A DNA stretch of 64,000 nucleotides, taken from NCBI GenBank assembly GCA_036012755.1, contig DASCPX010000071.1:64001-128000 (forward strand). Reading direction: 5' to 3'. This stretch comes from Myxococcota bacterium (lineage in GTDB: Bacteria; Myxococcota_A; UBA796; CAJQPC01). Shown piece by piece: positions 50,284 to 59,692 of the stretch. The notes below the pieces were generated by a model. That model ran no database searches and was not told the DNA's origin. It saw only the letters and a program-made list of their open reading frames with translations. The position numbers and the translations under genes are program-made. The stretch's first letter is position 1; each line of letters starts with the position of its first letter.

Positions 50284-52142
50284 CAGACCTCCAAGCGGGC
50301 GAGGATGGCTTTGTGGACCTGGTCGGGGGACAGGGGCTGGCCGGGAACGGTGCCCCAGCAGTCGATGTCCAACAGGGTGCTGGCGCGCAGCATCCAGGCC
50401 AGCTGTGCGTAGCGGCGGTTGTTCTCGTCCACGTACCCGCCGACGGTGTCCGCGAAGTTGATCTCGACGGTCATCACGCGACCGAAGCGGCCGAAGATCT
50501 CGTCGAGCCCGGGCTCCAGCGGAGAGAGGAAGCGCAGGTGGACCGCGGAGACGGCGTGTCCCTGTGCCCGAGCGCGGTCGACCGCCTCGTGGATGGCGCC
50601 CATCGTCGAGCCCCAGCCGACGACGAGGAGGTCACCCTCGTCGGCGCCGTAGACCTCTGGCGGCTTCAGCTTGCTCTGGAGCGCGGCCAGCTTGCGGCTG
50701 CGAAGCTCGCAGGAGACCTGGTTCGTGTCCGCGTCGTAGGCGACCTTGCTGTTGCGGGTGTGGGCGAGCCCGGTCAGCACGTACTCGCCACCGACCTGTC
50801 CCGGGATCGGGCGGGGAGAGACGCCGCTGTCGGCGTCCCAGGCGTAGGGCTCGAGCTCCGGGTCCCAGGCGGACTGGTCGATCGGAGCCGCGAGCCACTC
50901 CTCCTGGGGCTTCGGGCGATCGAAGGCGCTGACACCCGTGGCGAGGTTGGCGTCGGTGAGCAGGATGACGAGGGCCCGGAAGTCCTCGGCCAGCTGGCGG
51001 GCGAGCACGGTGAGGTGGAAGCAGTCCTCGATGGTGGCGGCTGCCAGGACGATCTTGGGTGCGTCTCCGGGGGCTCCGAAGACCGAGGCCAGCAGGTCAC
51101 CCTGCTCGACCTTGGTGGGCAGACCCGTCGAGGGACCACCGCGCTGGACCAGCACGAGGACGAGGGGGATCTCGGCCATGACGGCGAGACCGACGAACTC
51201 GGTCTTGAGCGCGAGGCCGGGGCCGGAGGTGATGGTGCAGGCGGTCTTGCCGGCGTAGGAGGCGCCGATCGCGAAGCCGATGGCGGCGATCTCGTCCTCT
51301 GCCTGGTGGAGGAAGCCACCAGCTTGGTCGAAGGTCCCGGCGAGGAAGTGCGAGGCGCTCGTGGCCGGCGTGATCGGGTACATGCTGACCAGGTCCATCC
51401 CGGCGGCCATGACCCCGAGGCCGATGGCCTGGTTGCCGTTCATGACGACCTGCGGCTCCGTCTGCTCGTGGCAAGGCACGATGAAGCGGTAGGGCACGTG
51501 CTCCAAGGCGAAGTCCCAGCCAGCGCGGACCAGGCGCTGGTTCGACTGGACGACCTGGGGCCCCTTTCGACCGAAGAGCATCGCCACCTCTCGGGTCGCG
51601 ACGTCCAGATCGCGGCCGTAGATGTGGCAGAGCATGCCGAGCACGAACATGTTCTTGCCGACCCGTGCGCCCCCGGTCAGCTCCAAACAGGCTGCGTCGA
51701 TGGACAGCTCGAGGACATCCAGGCCCATGCCCTTGAAGCGCTCGAGGGACTCCGCGTACTGCTCGCGGATGCTCTCGACGCGGTCGGTGGCCCACTTGTC
51801 CTCGAGCAGCAGGATCGTGCCCTCGCGGTAGGCCCGCTGGTCGATCCGGCTGAAGAGCACCTGCTCGTTGAAAGCGACGACGAGGTCCGCCTTGTCGCCC
51901 ATGTTCGTCATCGGGCGGTCGCCGATCCGAATGCGGATGCCACTGGCTCCGGCGGGGGAGCGGGCGGGCGGCTTGATCTCCGCAGGGATGATCTCCACCG
52001 TCCAGACGCCGTTTCGCATCTTGGCGCTGATGGCTCCAAAGGCCTGGCCGGCCTTCTGGGCGCCCTCACCGGAGTCGCTGACGATCTCGATGATGTGTTG
52101 GTCGACGGTCTGAGCCACCGCCTGTTCGCGCACTGCTTCCAT
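50283..52142 (-). CDS. korA: 2-oxoacid:ferredoxin oxidoreductase alpha(-gamma) subunit
   Basis: DSGEGAQ, YPITPAT, QAEDEIAA, TSGPGLALK, QRGGPSTGLPTKVEQGD, WGST; GGAGG SD. Confidence 0.93.
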   Translation of the reverse strand: MEAVREQAVAQTVDQHIIEIVSDSGEGAQKAGQAFGAISAKMRNGVWTVEIIPAEIKPPARSPAGASGIRIRIGDRPMTNMGDKADLVVAFNEQVLFSRIDQRAYREGTILLLEDKWATDRVESIREQYAESLERFKGMGLDVLELSIDAACLELTGGARVGKNMFVLGMLCHIYGRDLDVATREVAMLFGRKGPQVVQSNQRLVRAGWDFALEHVPYRFIVPCHEQTEPQVVMNGNQAIGLGVMAAGMDLVSMYPITPATSASHFLAGTFDQAGGFLHQAEDEIAAIGFAIGASYAGKTACTITSGPGLALKTEFVGLAVMAEIPLVLVLVQRGGPSTGLPTKVEQGDLLASVFGAPGDAPKIVLAAATIEDCFHLTVLARQLAEDFRALVILLTDANLATGVSAFDRPKPQEEWLAAPIDQSAWDPELEPYAWDADSGVSPRPIPGQVGGEYVLTGLAHTRNSKVAYDADTNQVSCELRSRKLAALQSKLKPPEVYGADEGDLLVVGWGSTMGAIHEAVDRARAQGHAVSAVHLRFLSPLEPGLDEIFGRFGRVMTVEINFADTVGGYVDENNRRYAQLAWMLRASTLLDIDCWGTVPGQPLSPDQVHKAILARLEV

Positions 52143-52145
52143 GAC

Positions 52146-52250
52146 CTACCTCCGCGGCTGGACGCCGCTTCCTTGGTCGGTGTTGCCGAGACTGCCGACC
52201 TTGGTCAGCGTGGTCTCAAAGGCGGCGATCCCGGTCTCGTGGCCGCTCAA
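52146..52250 (-). other. 34-codon ORF, possibly a gene remnant or leader upstream of korA
   Basis: GAGGT SD plus TTG: MSGHETGIAAFETTLTKVGSLG...RR*. The N-terminus loosely recalls DUF2267 proteins (inference). Confidence 0.25.
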
Positions 52251-52345
52251 CCGATACCTCTTTTTCGGCGCGCACGGTAACACGCTCAGGGCCGCCGAGC
52301 CGCCTCCGTGCTCAGTTCACCCCGCCAGGACCAAGGAGCCCTCGA

Positions 52346-52740
52346 TCAGCAGCGTCCCAGATGGCGATGAAGCCTCAGCCCGAAGCCGTCCAACCGGCGG
52401 GTGTCCAGGGGCGATCCGTCCCCGTAGAGGAACAACAGGGGGATCTCCACTTCGTGCCGAAGCATGCTCTCGGCGACCAGGGCGGGCCCGCAGCCCCAGG
52501 GGCTGATGACCACGACGCCGTTGTGGACGCGGCCAACGGGCAGGCCCAGCAAGCCGGGGAGCCGCTCCTCTGCGAGGTACTCCGACAGGAGCCCCAGGGG
52601 CTCCACCAACACCCTCAGGCCGCGATCGTTGAGTCTCCGGACCAGCGAGTCGCTGGCGAAGTCGTCGACCCGCAAGTAGACGTCGCCCGACAGCAGCACG
52701 ACCCGCAGATCGGACCGGGGCGCCTCCGCAGCCAGCTCGG
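52346..52740 (-). pseudogene. C-terminal remnant of a CoA-substrate activase / 2-hydroxyacyl-CoA dehydratase-like protein
   Basis: VLLSGDVYLRVDDFAS...GLRVLVEP...GVVVISPWGCGP...PLLFLYGDG...RRLDGF; no own start; internally shortened. Confidence 0.6.
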
Positions 52741-52819
52741 CCACCTCGAAGGGACCGCCCGTCGAGGTCTCGGGCTCGATCTCATCCGCTTCGCTGAGGG
52801 CTGGGGCGCTGTCGTCGTC

Positions 52820-53471
52820 CCAGCTCACGTCCAGCTTGCGTCGCAGCAGGTGGTCGTCATCTTCCCGAGGCCAGAGCTCACGACCCAGGACCTGCCAGGG
52901 AACCGGCCCGTCAAAGGCCACGACCTCGCTGACGATGCGAGCGGACAGACCGTTGAGGGCCAGCGCAGTGCCTCCCTCCTGGTGGATGTGCGCCGTGTCG
53001 AAGTGGGCCACCACCCGGAGGGGCCGCTGCACAGCGCCGTCGAGTCGGGTGGCGGTGCGTCCCGCAGTGTCCAGCGGCACGGCCACGAGGTTCGCGAGCG
53101 GGGCGGCGAGGGCGGGTCAGGAGACTGCAGACACCTCCGAGCACCTGCCGTGGCAAGCCGTCCCCCTCGATTCCGAGCACGGCCTGAGGCAGCTGCGCCT
53201 CCTCCACCACCAGCTCCAGGCCCTCCGCCAGGGCGATGACCTGGCCGGGCTCGAGCACCACCGAGCTCTTGGCTCTTCCTTGCAGCGCGAATCGCCCCCG
53301 GAGGGCGAGCAGCTTCAGCTCTTGTCCGCGCAGGCTGACCATGGCGTGGGCCTCGGAGATCCGACCATCCAGCAGGGACAAGGCTGCTGACCACAGACGA
53401 CCGATCAGGTCACCGTGTCCCAGCTCGACCGTTCGGCCGTCGGCCAGTGAGAATCTGGCAAAGGCACGCAT
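52820..53471 (-). pseudogene. FHA-domain / winged-helix regulator, frameshifted and 3'-truncated
   Basis: IGRLWSAAL..DGRISEAHA FHA motif; frame change near 53100; second frame ...VPWQVLGRELWP...LRRKLDVS stops mid-wHTH. Confidence 0.6.
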
Positions 53472-53582
53472 GAACCGCACCTAGCACGACAGGCTAGCCG
53501 ACCCCTTCCTAGCCGTGACCCTTCAGCCGTCTCACCGAGGCTGCCACTCGACGTAGCCAAGAGCGTGACATGATCCCCCGGC

Positions 53583-54419
53583 ATGTGGCTCTTGCTGGCG
53601 CTGTCCTGTGACCTCGAACCGGACCCCCTCCCGACCGAGGAGGCGGCCCGCGACGCGGACGCCGGCATGGAGGAGGCCGCGACACCACCGATGGTGCAGC
53701 TGCTCTACGACTACGCGTTCCTGCCAGATGTCCAGTACCGCCAGCAGCGCGTGCGCATGTTGCTGTGGCTCGTCCACATGGAGCTCTCCGAATACCAGCT
53801 GCGCGTGCTCGCAGAGGCCTGGACCACCGCCGAGACCGAGCGGGGGCGCATCGACGAGGCACAGCGCGAGATCGTCGCCCAGTACGAGCCGGAGCTGGGG
53901 GCGGTCTACGACCAGGTCTGGGAGAGGCTGCGCTCGGGGGCTTCGATCGACGACCCGGAGCTCCTGGCCCTGGCCGAGCCGCTCACAGAGGCCCGAATCC
54001 ACAAGGAGCAGGAGCGGGAGCTCCTGGCCCTGCGCTTCCAGGGCGTCGAGGCCGTCAACGCCGCCCAGAAGGACTTCCTGCGCTCGCTCTCGCCCCAGCA
54101 GGAGGCCAAGGTCGCGGACGCCAGCTTCTTCCTGCGCCACAAGCTGGATCCCTACGCGAACCCCGGGGACTTCAACGCGCTGATCGGGACCGTCTTCACC
54201 CCCGGCGACTACGCGACGCTGAAGCGCGGCTCCTTCGACCCCGAGACCGACCACCTCGACCTCGCAGGCCTGTGGTCCGATCCCGGCGACCCGGATCGCG
54301 AAAAAGGTGTCTTCCCCGACGTGCAGCGCGAGCTCGTGGTCTTCATGATCCTCCAGGAGCCGGCCCTGCCAGAGGCCATCGAGGCAGCGCTCAGCCGCTC
54401 GAGCCCGCCGGCTCCCTGA
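53583..54419 (+). CDS. Hypothetical lipoprotein, mostly helical
   Basis: MWLLLALSC; strong GC3 bias; no recognised domain. Confidence 0.7.
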   Translation: MWLLLALSCDLEPDPLPTEEAARDADAGMEEAATPPMVQLLYDYAFLPDVQYRQQRVRMLLWLVHMELSEYQLRVLAEAWTTAETERGRIDEAQREIVAQYEPELGAVYDQVWERLRSGASIDDPELLALAEPLTEARIHKEQERELLALRFQGVEAVNAAQKDFLRSLSPQQEAKVADASFFLRHKLDPYANPGDFNALIGTVFTPGDYATLKRGSFDPETDHLDLAGLWSDPGDPDREKGVFPDVQRELVVFMILQEPALPEAIEAALSRSSPPAP

Positions 54420-56253
54420 GCCCCGAAGCGAGGATCTCCCGCTGGGCCTGGAGACCGTGGCGGAGTCGCCACAGGTCCTGGAGCCGGGCCTTCTGGACCG
54501 CGACCGCCGCCGAGTGATCGCGCACCCCGGCGTCGATGACCTCGTGGAAGCGGGTGAGCTCCTCGACCAGCTGGCGGCGCAGACGCAGGCGCAGCATCGA
54601 CTCGAGCTGAGGGCGCGCCGCGCGCAGCTGGGCCAGGCCCTCGTCCCGGGCCTCGACCACCGAGTCCTTCAGGCGCACGGCCGCCTTCTTTCGCAAGCTG
54701 TCCAAGGGCGTGATGAGCCGATCCACCGCGAGGAAGGCCCCAGATGCAAGGACCAGGGGCACGACCACAGGCGCGCCGATCAGCAGGCCCAGCCCCAAGG
54801 CGCCAAGGCCCGCGCCGACGCTGAAGGCCGTGCGGGGACCGCGGTCTTCGCCGACGAGCCCCTCGATGCCGACCCGGACCTCGGCCTGGTGCAGGCCCTC
54901 GACGTCCACCATGCCCAGGTCCCCAGCCCGAGCAGCTTCGACAAGCCGATAGCGCTCGACGAGCTCCCCGAGCGCCGCCGTCGCGAGGGTCGACCAGGCC
55001 TCCTCCAGCACCGCCTGGCCTGCGTTCAAGGCCCGCCCGGCGTGGATCTCCAGCGCCGTGGGCATGCTCTGTTCGAGGTCCTCGCCCAGGGCCGTCAGCG
55101 CACGCCTGGAGCCCACCTCTGCGATGCGGTCGTCCCAGCGCCCGTGCCAGCCGCCCAGCTCCCGGAGCCACACGGACTCCATCGCCTCCACAGCCCGGTC
55201 CACCGCCTCGTCAACGTCCACCTCGGCGAGGGTCTCCTCCAGGAAGGCGTCCGGATCCGGGATGCGCTGGGACTCGAGCTGTTCGGCCCGCAGGGAGTAG
55301 CGCGCCTCTGCCTGGTCGCAGGCGGCGTCGACCAGCTCGATGGCCTGCTCGGCAGCCCGCGCCGCCCGCCGCACCAGGATCAGGTCGCGGTCCCTCGCCA
55401 GCCGATCGACCAGCTCTCCCAGGTCCTCCGCGAAGCGACGCGCGAAGTAGGGCCGCGTGCCGTCGAGCACCGACTGGGCGGCCACGGCCCAGGCCACGAC
55501 CTCGTCGGTCCCGAGCCCGACCTGCTCGGCGAAGCGCCGGACCCCCACCCGTCGGGCCTCCTCGACCTCTTCAGCGGGGTCGCCCCCCACATCCTCTGCG
55601 TTGTCCCAGGCGCGATCGACCTTCGTGAGCATCAGGTAGACCTCGGGCACCTGCTGTCGGACCCGCTCCAGGAAGTCCAGGGTGCTGCGGGGCAGCGCCT
55701 GCTGGAGATCCGACAACAGGATGCAGCCGTCCGCCTCCTTCTCGATCGCCGCCCAGGCCCGGGCCTGGTTCTCCTCGTGGTCCGTGTTCACGCCGGGGGT
55801 GTCCAGCAGCACCAGGTCCGCTGGGAGCACCTCGCTCGGCACCCACAGCTCCAGCTCGAGCACGCCGGCGGTCTTCAGATCCGTGAGCGCCGCGACCTCT
55901 TCGAGGCACGCGCCCTCCTCGACGCCTCCTTCTCGAATCGCGCGATAGCGCCTGGGTCCTCGACGGATCCGCGTGACCGTCCCGGTGCACTCCCGGATCG
56001 CCACCCCCAAGATGGCCTCTCCCATCACCGCGTTGAGGAAGGTGCTCTTGCCTGCCTTCTTCTCCCCTACCACCGCGACGACGAGCTCCTCTCGACGGAG
56101 CCGATCCCGCAGCTCCGAGACGAGGTCCTCGATCTCGTCTCCAGCCTCGCCGAAGCTCTCCCGGTGGCGCAACAGCGCCTGCAGCTGCAGGGCAGCAGAG
56201 CCGACTGCGTCGATGAGCTCGATCCGGGTTGCCACGAGACGAAATAAAAGCAC
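54391..56253 (-). CDS. Bacterial dynamin-like GTPase
   Basis: G1 GEKKAGKST, G2 CTG, G3 DTPG, G4 TKVD; helical stalk; hydrophobic paddle GAGLGALGLGLLIGAPVVVPLVLA. The start may be 56235. Confidence 0.88.
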   Translation of the reverse strand: MLLFRLVATRIELIDAVGSAALQLQALLRHRESFGEAGDEIEDLVSELRDRLRREELVVAVVGEKKAGKSTFLNAVMGEAILGVAIRECTGTVTRIRRGPRRYRAIREGGVEEGACLEEVAALTDLKTAGVLELELWVPSEVLPADLVLLDTPGVNTDHEENQARAWAAIEKEADGCILLSDLQQALPRSTLDFLERVRQQVPEVYLMLTKVDRAWDNAEDVGGDPAEEVEEARRVGVRRFAEQVGLGTDEVVAWAVAAQSVLDGTRPYFARRFAEDLGELVDRLARDRDLILVRRAARAAEQAIELVDAACDQAEARYSLRAEQLESQRIPDPDAFLEETLAEVDVDEAVDRAVEAMESVWLRELGGWHGRWDDRIAEVGSRRALTALGEDLEQSMPTALEIHAGRALNAGQAVLEEAWSTLATAALGELVERYRLVEAARAGDLGMVDVEGLHQAEVRVGIEGLVGEDRGPRTAFSVGAGLGALGLGLLIGAPVVVPLVLASGAFLAVDRLITPLDSLRKKAAVRLKDSVVEARDEGLAQLRAARPQLESMLRLRLRRQLVEELTRFHEVIDAGVRDHSAAVAVQKARLQDLWRLRHGLQAQREILASGLREPAGSSG

Positions 56254-56288
56254 GGCCCGCGCGGTATGTTCCGTCTTCGGGAGGTTCT

Positions 56289-57275
56289 GTGGATCCGCTC
56301 ACTGGAAAGGTGGTCAAGGAAGTCGCCGCGAAGGTGGTCAAGGAAGTCGCCGCGAAGGAGCTCGTGGGCGAAGGCTTGAAGACCGCGACCCTGGCCGAAG
56401 CCGCCGAGCTTCCGGCGCTCGCCGAGGTCAGCGAGGCCGCCGGCTGGCCGATGGAAGGCCTGCGCAAGGCCGCCGACGCCACCGCCGCCGCCTTCGACGG
56501 CCTCGACGCGGTGCTGGGCATCCCGGAGATCGCCGAGGAGCACCTCGAGGAGCGCGAGCTCATGTCCACCGTCGGGGCCCCGCTGCGGGTCGGGCGGGTC
56601 GGCGAGCGGCTGGCAGCCAAGGCAACCGTCGAGCAGCTCGGCGGCTTCTGGGACGACATCTTCGGCCCGGACCTGTCGACCTGCGAGGTCTACGTCCACG
56701 ACTGGGGCCCCGAGCAGTTCAACGGGATCGGCGACCCCCTCGACGCCGGCGAATGCTGGCGGAAGCAGAACGGGCCAGCCTCCTGCGCGGTGGTGAGCCA
56801 GGTCGGCATCATCGAGTACATGACCGGCGAGTGCCTCAGCGAGGACGCAGCCTGCCGCATCGCAGAGGACATGGGCTGGTTCGATCCCCACGGCGGCACG
56901 ATGCCCGAGCACTGCGACAAGCTGCTCGAGTACCACGGCATCGACACCGACAAGCACTACAACAGCGACATCATGGAGATCGTCGAGGCGCTCGAAAACG
57001 GCGACCAGGTCCTCGTCGGGCTCAACGCCAACTACCTCTGGTACCCCATGCGCGACCCGGTCACCGGAGGGGTCGCGGTGCAGCCCGGAGGCGCAGGCCA
57101 CGCGGTCTGGATCACCGGTGTCGACATGGACCCCCACGGCAACGTCACGGTGCTCATGAACGACAGCGGGCACGGCGCTGGTCGCTGCCAGGCGGTCTCC
57201 CTCGCCGACTTCGAGGCCGGCTGGGAGGAGTTCTCCAACTTCGTCGTGATCGCCAAGAACCCACAGGTGGCCTGA
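56289..57275 (+). CDS. Peptidase C39-like (papain-fold) protein with an Ala/Glu-rich N-terminus
   Basis: GGAGG SD plus GTG; QNGPASC (Gln/Cys), GHAVWITG (His), MNDSG (Asp). Confidence 0.75.
   Translation: MDPLTGKVVKEVAAKVVKEVAAKELVGEGLKTATLAEAAELPALAEVSEAAGWPMEGLRKAADATAAAFDGLDAVLGIPEIAEEHLEERELMSTVGAPLRVGRVGERLAAKATVEQLGGFWDDIFGPDLSTCEVYVHDWGPEQFNGIGDPLDAGECWRKQNGPASCAVVSQVGIIEYMTGECLSEDAACRIAEDMGWFDPHGGTMPEHCDKLLEYHGIDTDKHYNSDIMEIVEALENGDQVLVGLNANYLWYPMRDPVTGGVAVQPGGAGHAVWITGVDMDPHGNVTVLMNDSGHGAGRCQAVSLADFEAGWEEFSNFVVIAKNPQVA
56307..56358 (+). repeat. Perfect 24-bp in-frame tandem duplication
   Basis: AAGGTGGTCAAGGAAGTCGCCGCG x2 plus AAGG, encoding KVVKEVAA twice. Confidence 0.92.
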
Positions 57276-57730
57276 TGGACATGCGTCGACTTCGTGAAGC
57301 CTCCGAGCGAGCCCGTGCCGGGCGACCCACCGCCGGCCCCCTGGCCACCTTCCTGGCCGGACTGCGCGCCCGCCCAGAGCTGGCCGGTGTCATCGGCGTC
57401 GAGTCCGCCGTGATGCTCCCGGTCCCCTCGGCAGATGACGGCTGGAGCCTCGTGAGCGTGGTCGGCCTGCGGCACGGCAAGGATGGCCCCTGGTCGCCCC
57501 CGCGCTTCCGCCTGCGCTGGTCCTGGCCGAATCCGGCCGAGGTCGCCATCGAGCGCCTCGATGCCAGCGGGCCCGTCGATCCACCGACCGGCTCGCCCAG
57601 TGAGCGCGTCCAGCTCCTTTCAGCGCTGGAACGACTGGTCACCACCGACCCGGCATCCGCTCCCGATCTCGGCCCCTTGCTCGAGCGGCTCGAGGCGACC
57701 TGGCCCGCCCAGTGGTGGGAGGCGCGCTAA
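57275..57730 (+). CDS. Hypothetical protein (151 aa)
   Basis: TGATG coupling to the peptidase gene; MDMRRLREASE...LPVP...PPRFRLRWSWP. Confidence 0.65.
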   Translation: MDMRRLREASERARAGRPTAGPLATFLAGLRARPELAGVIGVESAVMLPVPSADDGWSLVSVVGLRHGKDGPWSPPRFRLRWSWPNPAEVAIERLDASGPVDPPTGSPSERVQLLSALERLVTTDPASAPDLGPLLERLEATWPAQWWEAR

Positions 57731-57754
57731 GCTCGCCGACCCACGGAGGGTCCC

Positions 57755-59692
57755 ATGAGCTTCGAGGACTACCTGGCCCTGCGGGCTCGGCTCCTGCACG
57801 CCCTCGACCAGCTGGCGGTCGCCTACACCAAGGCGGGCATCGAGGCCCGCTCGGCGAGCCTGCGCGAGATCCGGACCAGGCTCGAGGACGACACCTTCCG
57901 CCTGATGGTCGTCGGCGAGTTCAAGCGCGGCAAGTCGACCCTGGTCAACGCTCTGCTCGGAGACGCGATCCTGCCCGCCAAGGTCGCCCCCTGCACGGCG
58001 GTGATCACGGAGGTGCGCTTCGGCGAGGAGCCAGAGGCCGTGCTCTTCGGCACCGACGGCTCCAAGCGCGAGGTGCCCTTCGACCGCATCCGCGAGTTCG
58101 TCTGCATCGACGAAGACGACGAGGGGCCCTCCCCCTGGGCGAAGCTGGAGCTCTACTACCCCCTCGAGATCTGCCGTAACAACGTCGAGATCATCGACAG
58201 CCCCGGGCTCAACGAGCACCACACGCGGACCGAGGTGGCCCTGGACTACCTGCCCCGAGCCGACGCGCTGGTGATGGTGTTGTCCTGCGAGATGGCGCTG
58301 TCACAGTCGGAGCTCGGCTTCATCGATGACACGCTGGGAGGCCGAGACCTCTCCAACGTCTTCTTCCTGTGGAACCGCTACGACGCCGTGGCCGACTCGC
58401 CGGACGACCTCGACGACATCAAGCGGCGCTCCCGCCGCATGCTGGAACCCAAGCTCACGGCCAAGAACCGGATCTTCTTCGTCTCGGCCAAGGACGCCCT
58501 CGTCGGTCGACGCCGGGGCTCGCCGGAGCTCGTGGAGCGCTCGCTGATGCCGGTCTTCGAGGAGGTGCTCGAGCAGTTCCTCGCCGGGGAGCGAGGGCGG
58601 GTGAAGGTGCTTGGCCCGCTGCGCTCGGCGGAGAAGGCCGCTCGGGACTGCGCGCTCCAGATCCCGCGCATGGAGGCCCACCTCGCCGCGCCGCTGGAGG
58701 AGCTGGAGAAGAAGCAGGCGGCCCTGTCTCCTCGCATCTCCGAGCTGGAGAAGAAGCGCCTGCGGGTCGGACGCATGCTGGACCGGCGCGAGGCCGAGCT
58801 GGGAGACCTCGTAGACGGGCGGCTGCGGGGCTACATCAACGGGCTGGAGTCCAGGCTGCGCCAGTGCGTCCAGGACGCGCCCTCGTCCTGGTGGGAAGGC
58901 CTCGTCAACAAGAAGAAGGTCCACAAGAAGCACATCGAGGGGCTCTGCGAGTTCCTCGGCAAGGACTTCCGCGCCTGGCAGGACGACGAGCTCACGCCGC
59001 TGATCACGCGCCACGTCGAGGGGACCTACGAGGCCCTCGACGACGAGCTGCGCTTCTTCCTGAAGGACGTCGACGCCATCCGCGCGGATCTCCTGCCCGA
59101 GCTCGAGTTCGACGAAGACGTCGACGAGGCCTCACCGGTGGACCGGGTCCTGTCCACAGCTGGCGTCGCCATCCTCTACGGCATCGCCCCGGGGCTGATG
59201 ATCGAGGGAGCCAGCGGCGGCATCAAGCAGGTCATGGAGGGCCTGGGCTACCAGGTCGCGTCCTTCGTCGGGGTCGTCATCATCGGCACCCTGCTGGGAG
59301 TCACCGCGCCTGTCCTGGCCCCCATCGTGCTCGTGGCCTCGGTCGGCATGGCGGTCCTGCGCGCGCTCTTCAAGACCCGCTCGGCGATGGAGAAGCTCCA
59401 GGACAAGGCCGTCGCCGATGTCATGGTCGCCATCCGCGACTCCATGCCGGTGATCGAGTCAAAGGCCGCCGATCGCATCTCCCTTACCCTCGGCGAGCTG
59501 AGCTCGGCCATCGACAACGGCATGCAGACGATGATCGACGAGGTCCAGGCAGAGGTCGCCACGATCCTCACGGAGAAGCGATCCGGAGAGGCCGCCGTGA
59601 AGAGGGGCCGCCAGCGCCTGCTGGAGGCCCGAGGCATCCTCGGCGAGATCAGCGAGACCCTCGACAGCGTGCGCGCCGCCGTCGACCGCTGA
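57755..59692 (+). CDS. Bacterial dynamin-like GTPase (BDLP/LeoA-like)
   Basis: GEFKRGKSTLVNALLG, PCTAV, DSPG, NRYD; coiled-coil stalk; paddle FVGVVIIGTLLGVTAPVLAPIVLVASVG; GGAGG SD. Confidence 0.92.
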   Translation: MSFEDYLALRARLLHALDQLAVAYTKAGIEARSASLREIRTRLEDDTFRLMVVGEFKRGKSTLVNALLGDAILPAKVAPCTAVITEVRFGEEPEAVLFGTDGSKREVPFDRIREFVCIDEDDEGPSPWAKLELYYPLEICRNNVEIIDSPGLNEHHTRTEVALDYLPRADALVMVLSCEMALSQSELGFIDDTLGGRDLSNVFFLWNRYDAVADSPDDLDDIKRRSRRMLEPKLTAKNRIFFVSAKDALVGRRRGSPELVERSLMPVFEEVLEQFLAGERGRVKVLGPLRSAEKAARDCALQIPRMEAHLAAPLEELEKKQAALSPRISELEKKRLRVGRMLDRREAELGDLVDGRLRGYINGLESRLRQCVQDAPSSWWEGLVNKKKVHKKHIEGLCEFLGKDFRAWQDDELTPLITRHVEGTYEALDDELRFFLKDVDAIRADLLPELEFDEDVDEASPVDRVLSTAGVAILYGIAPGLMIEGASGGIKQVMEGLGYQVASFVGVVIIGTLLGVTAPVLAPIVLVASVGMAVLRALFKTRSAMEKLQDKAVADVMVAIRDSMPVIESKAADRISLTLGELSSAIDNGMQTMIDEVQAEVATILTEKRSGEAAVKRGRQRLLEARGILGEISETLDSVRAAVDR

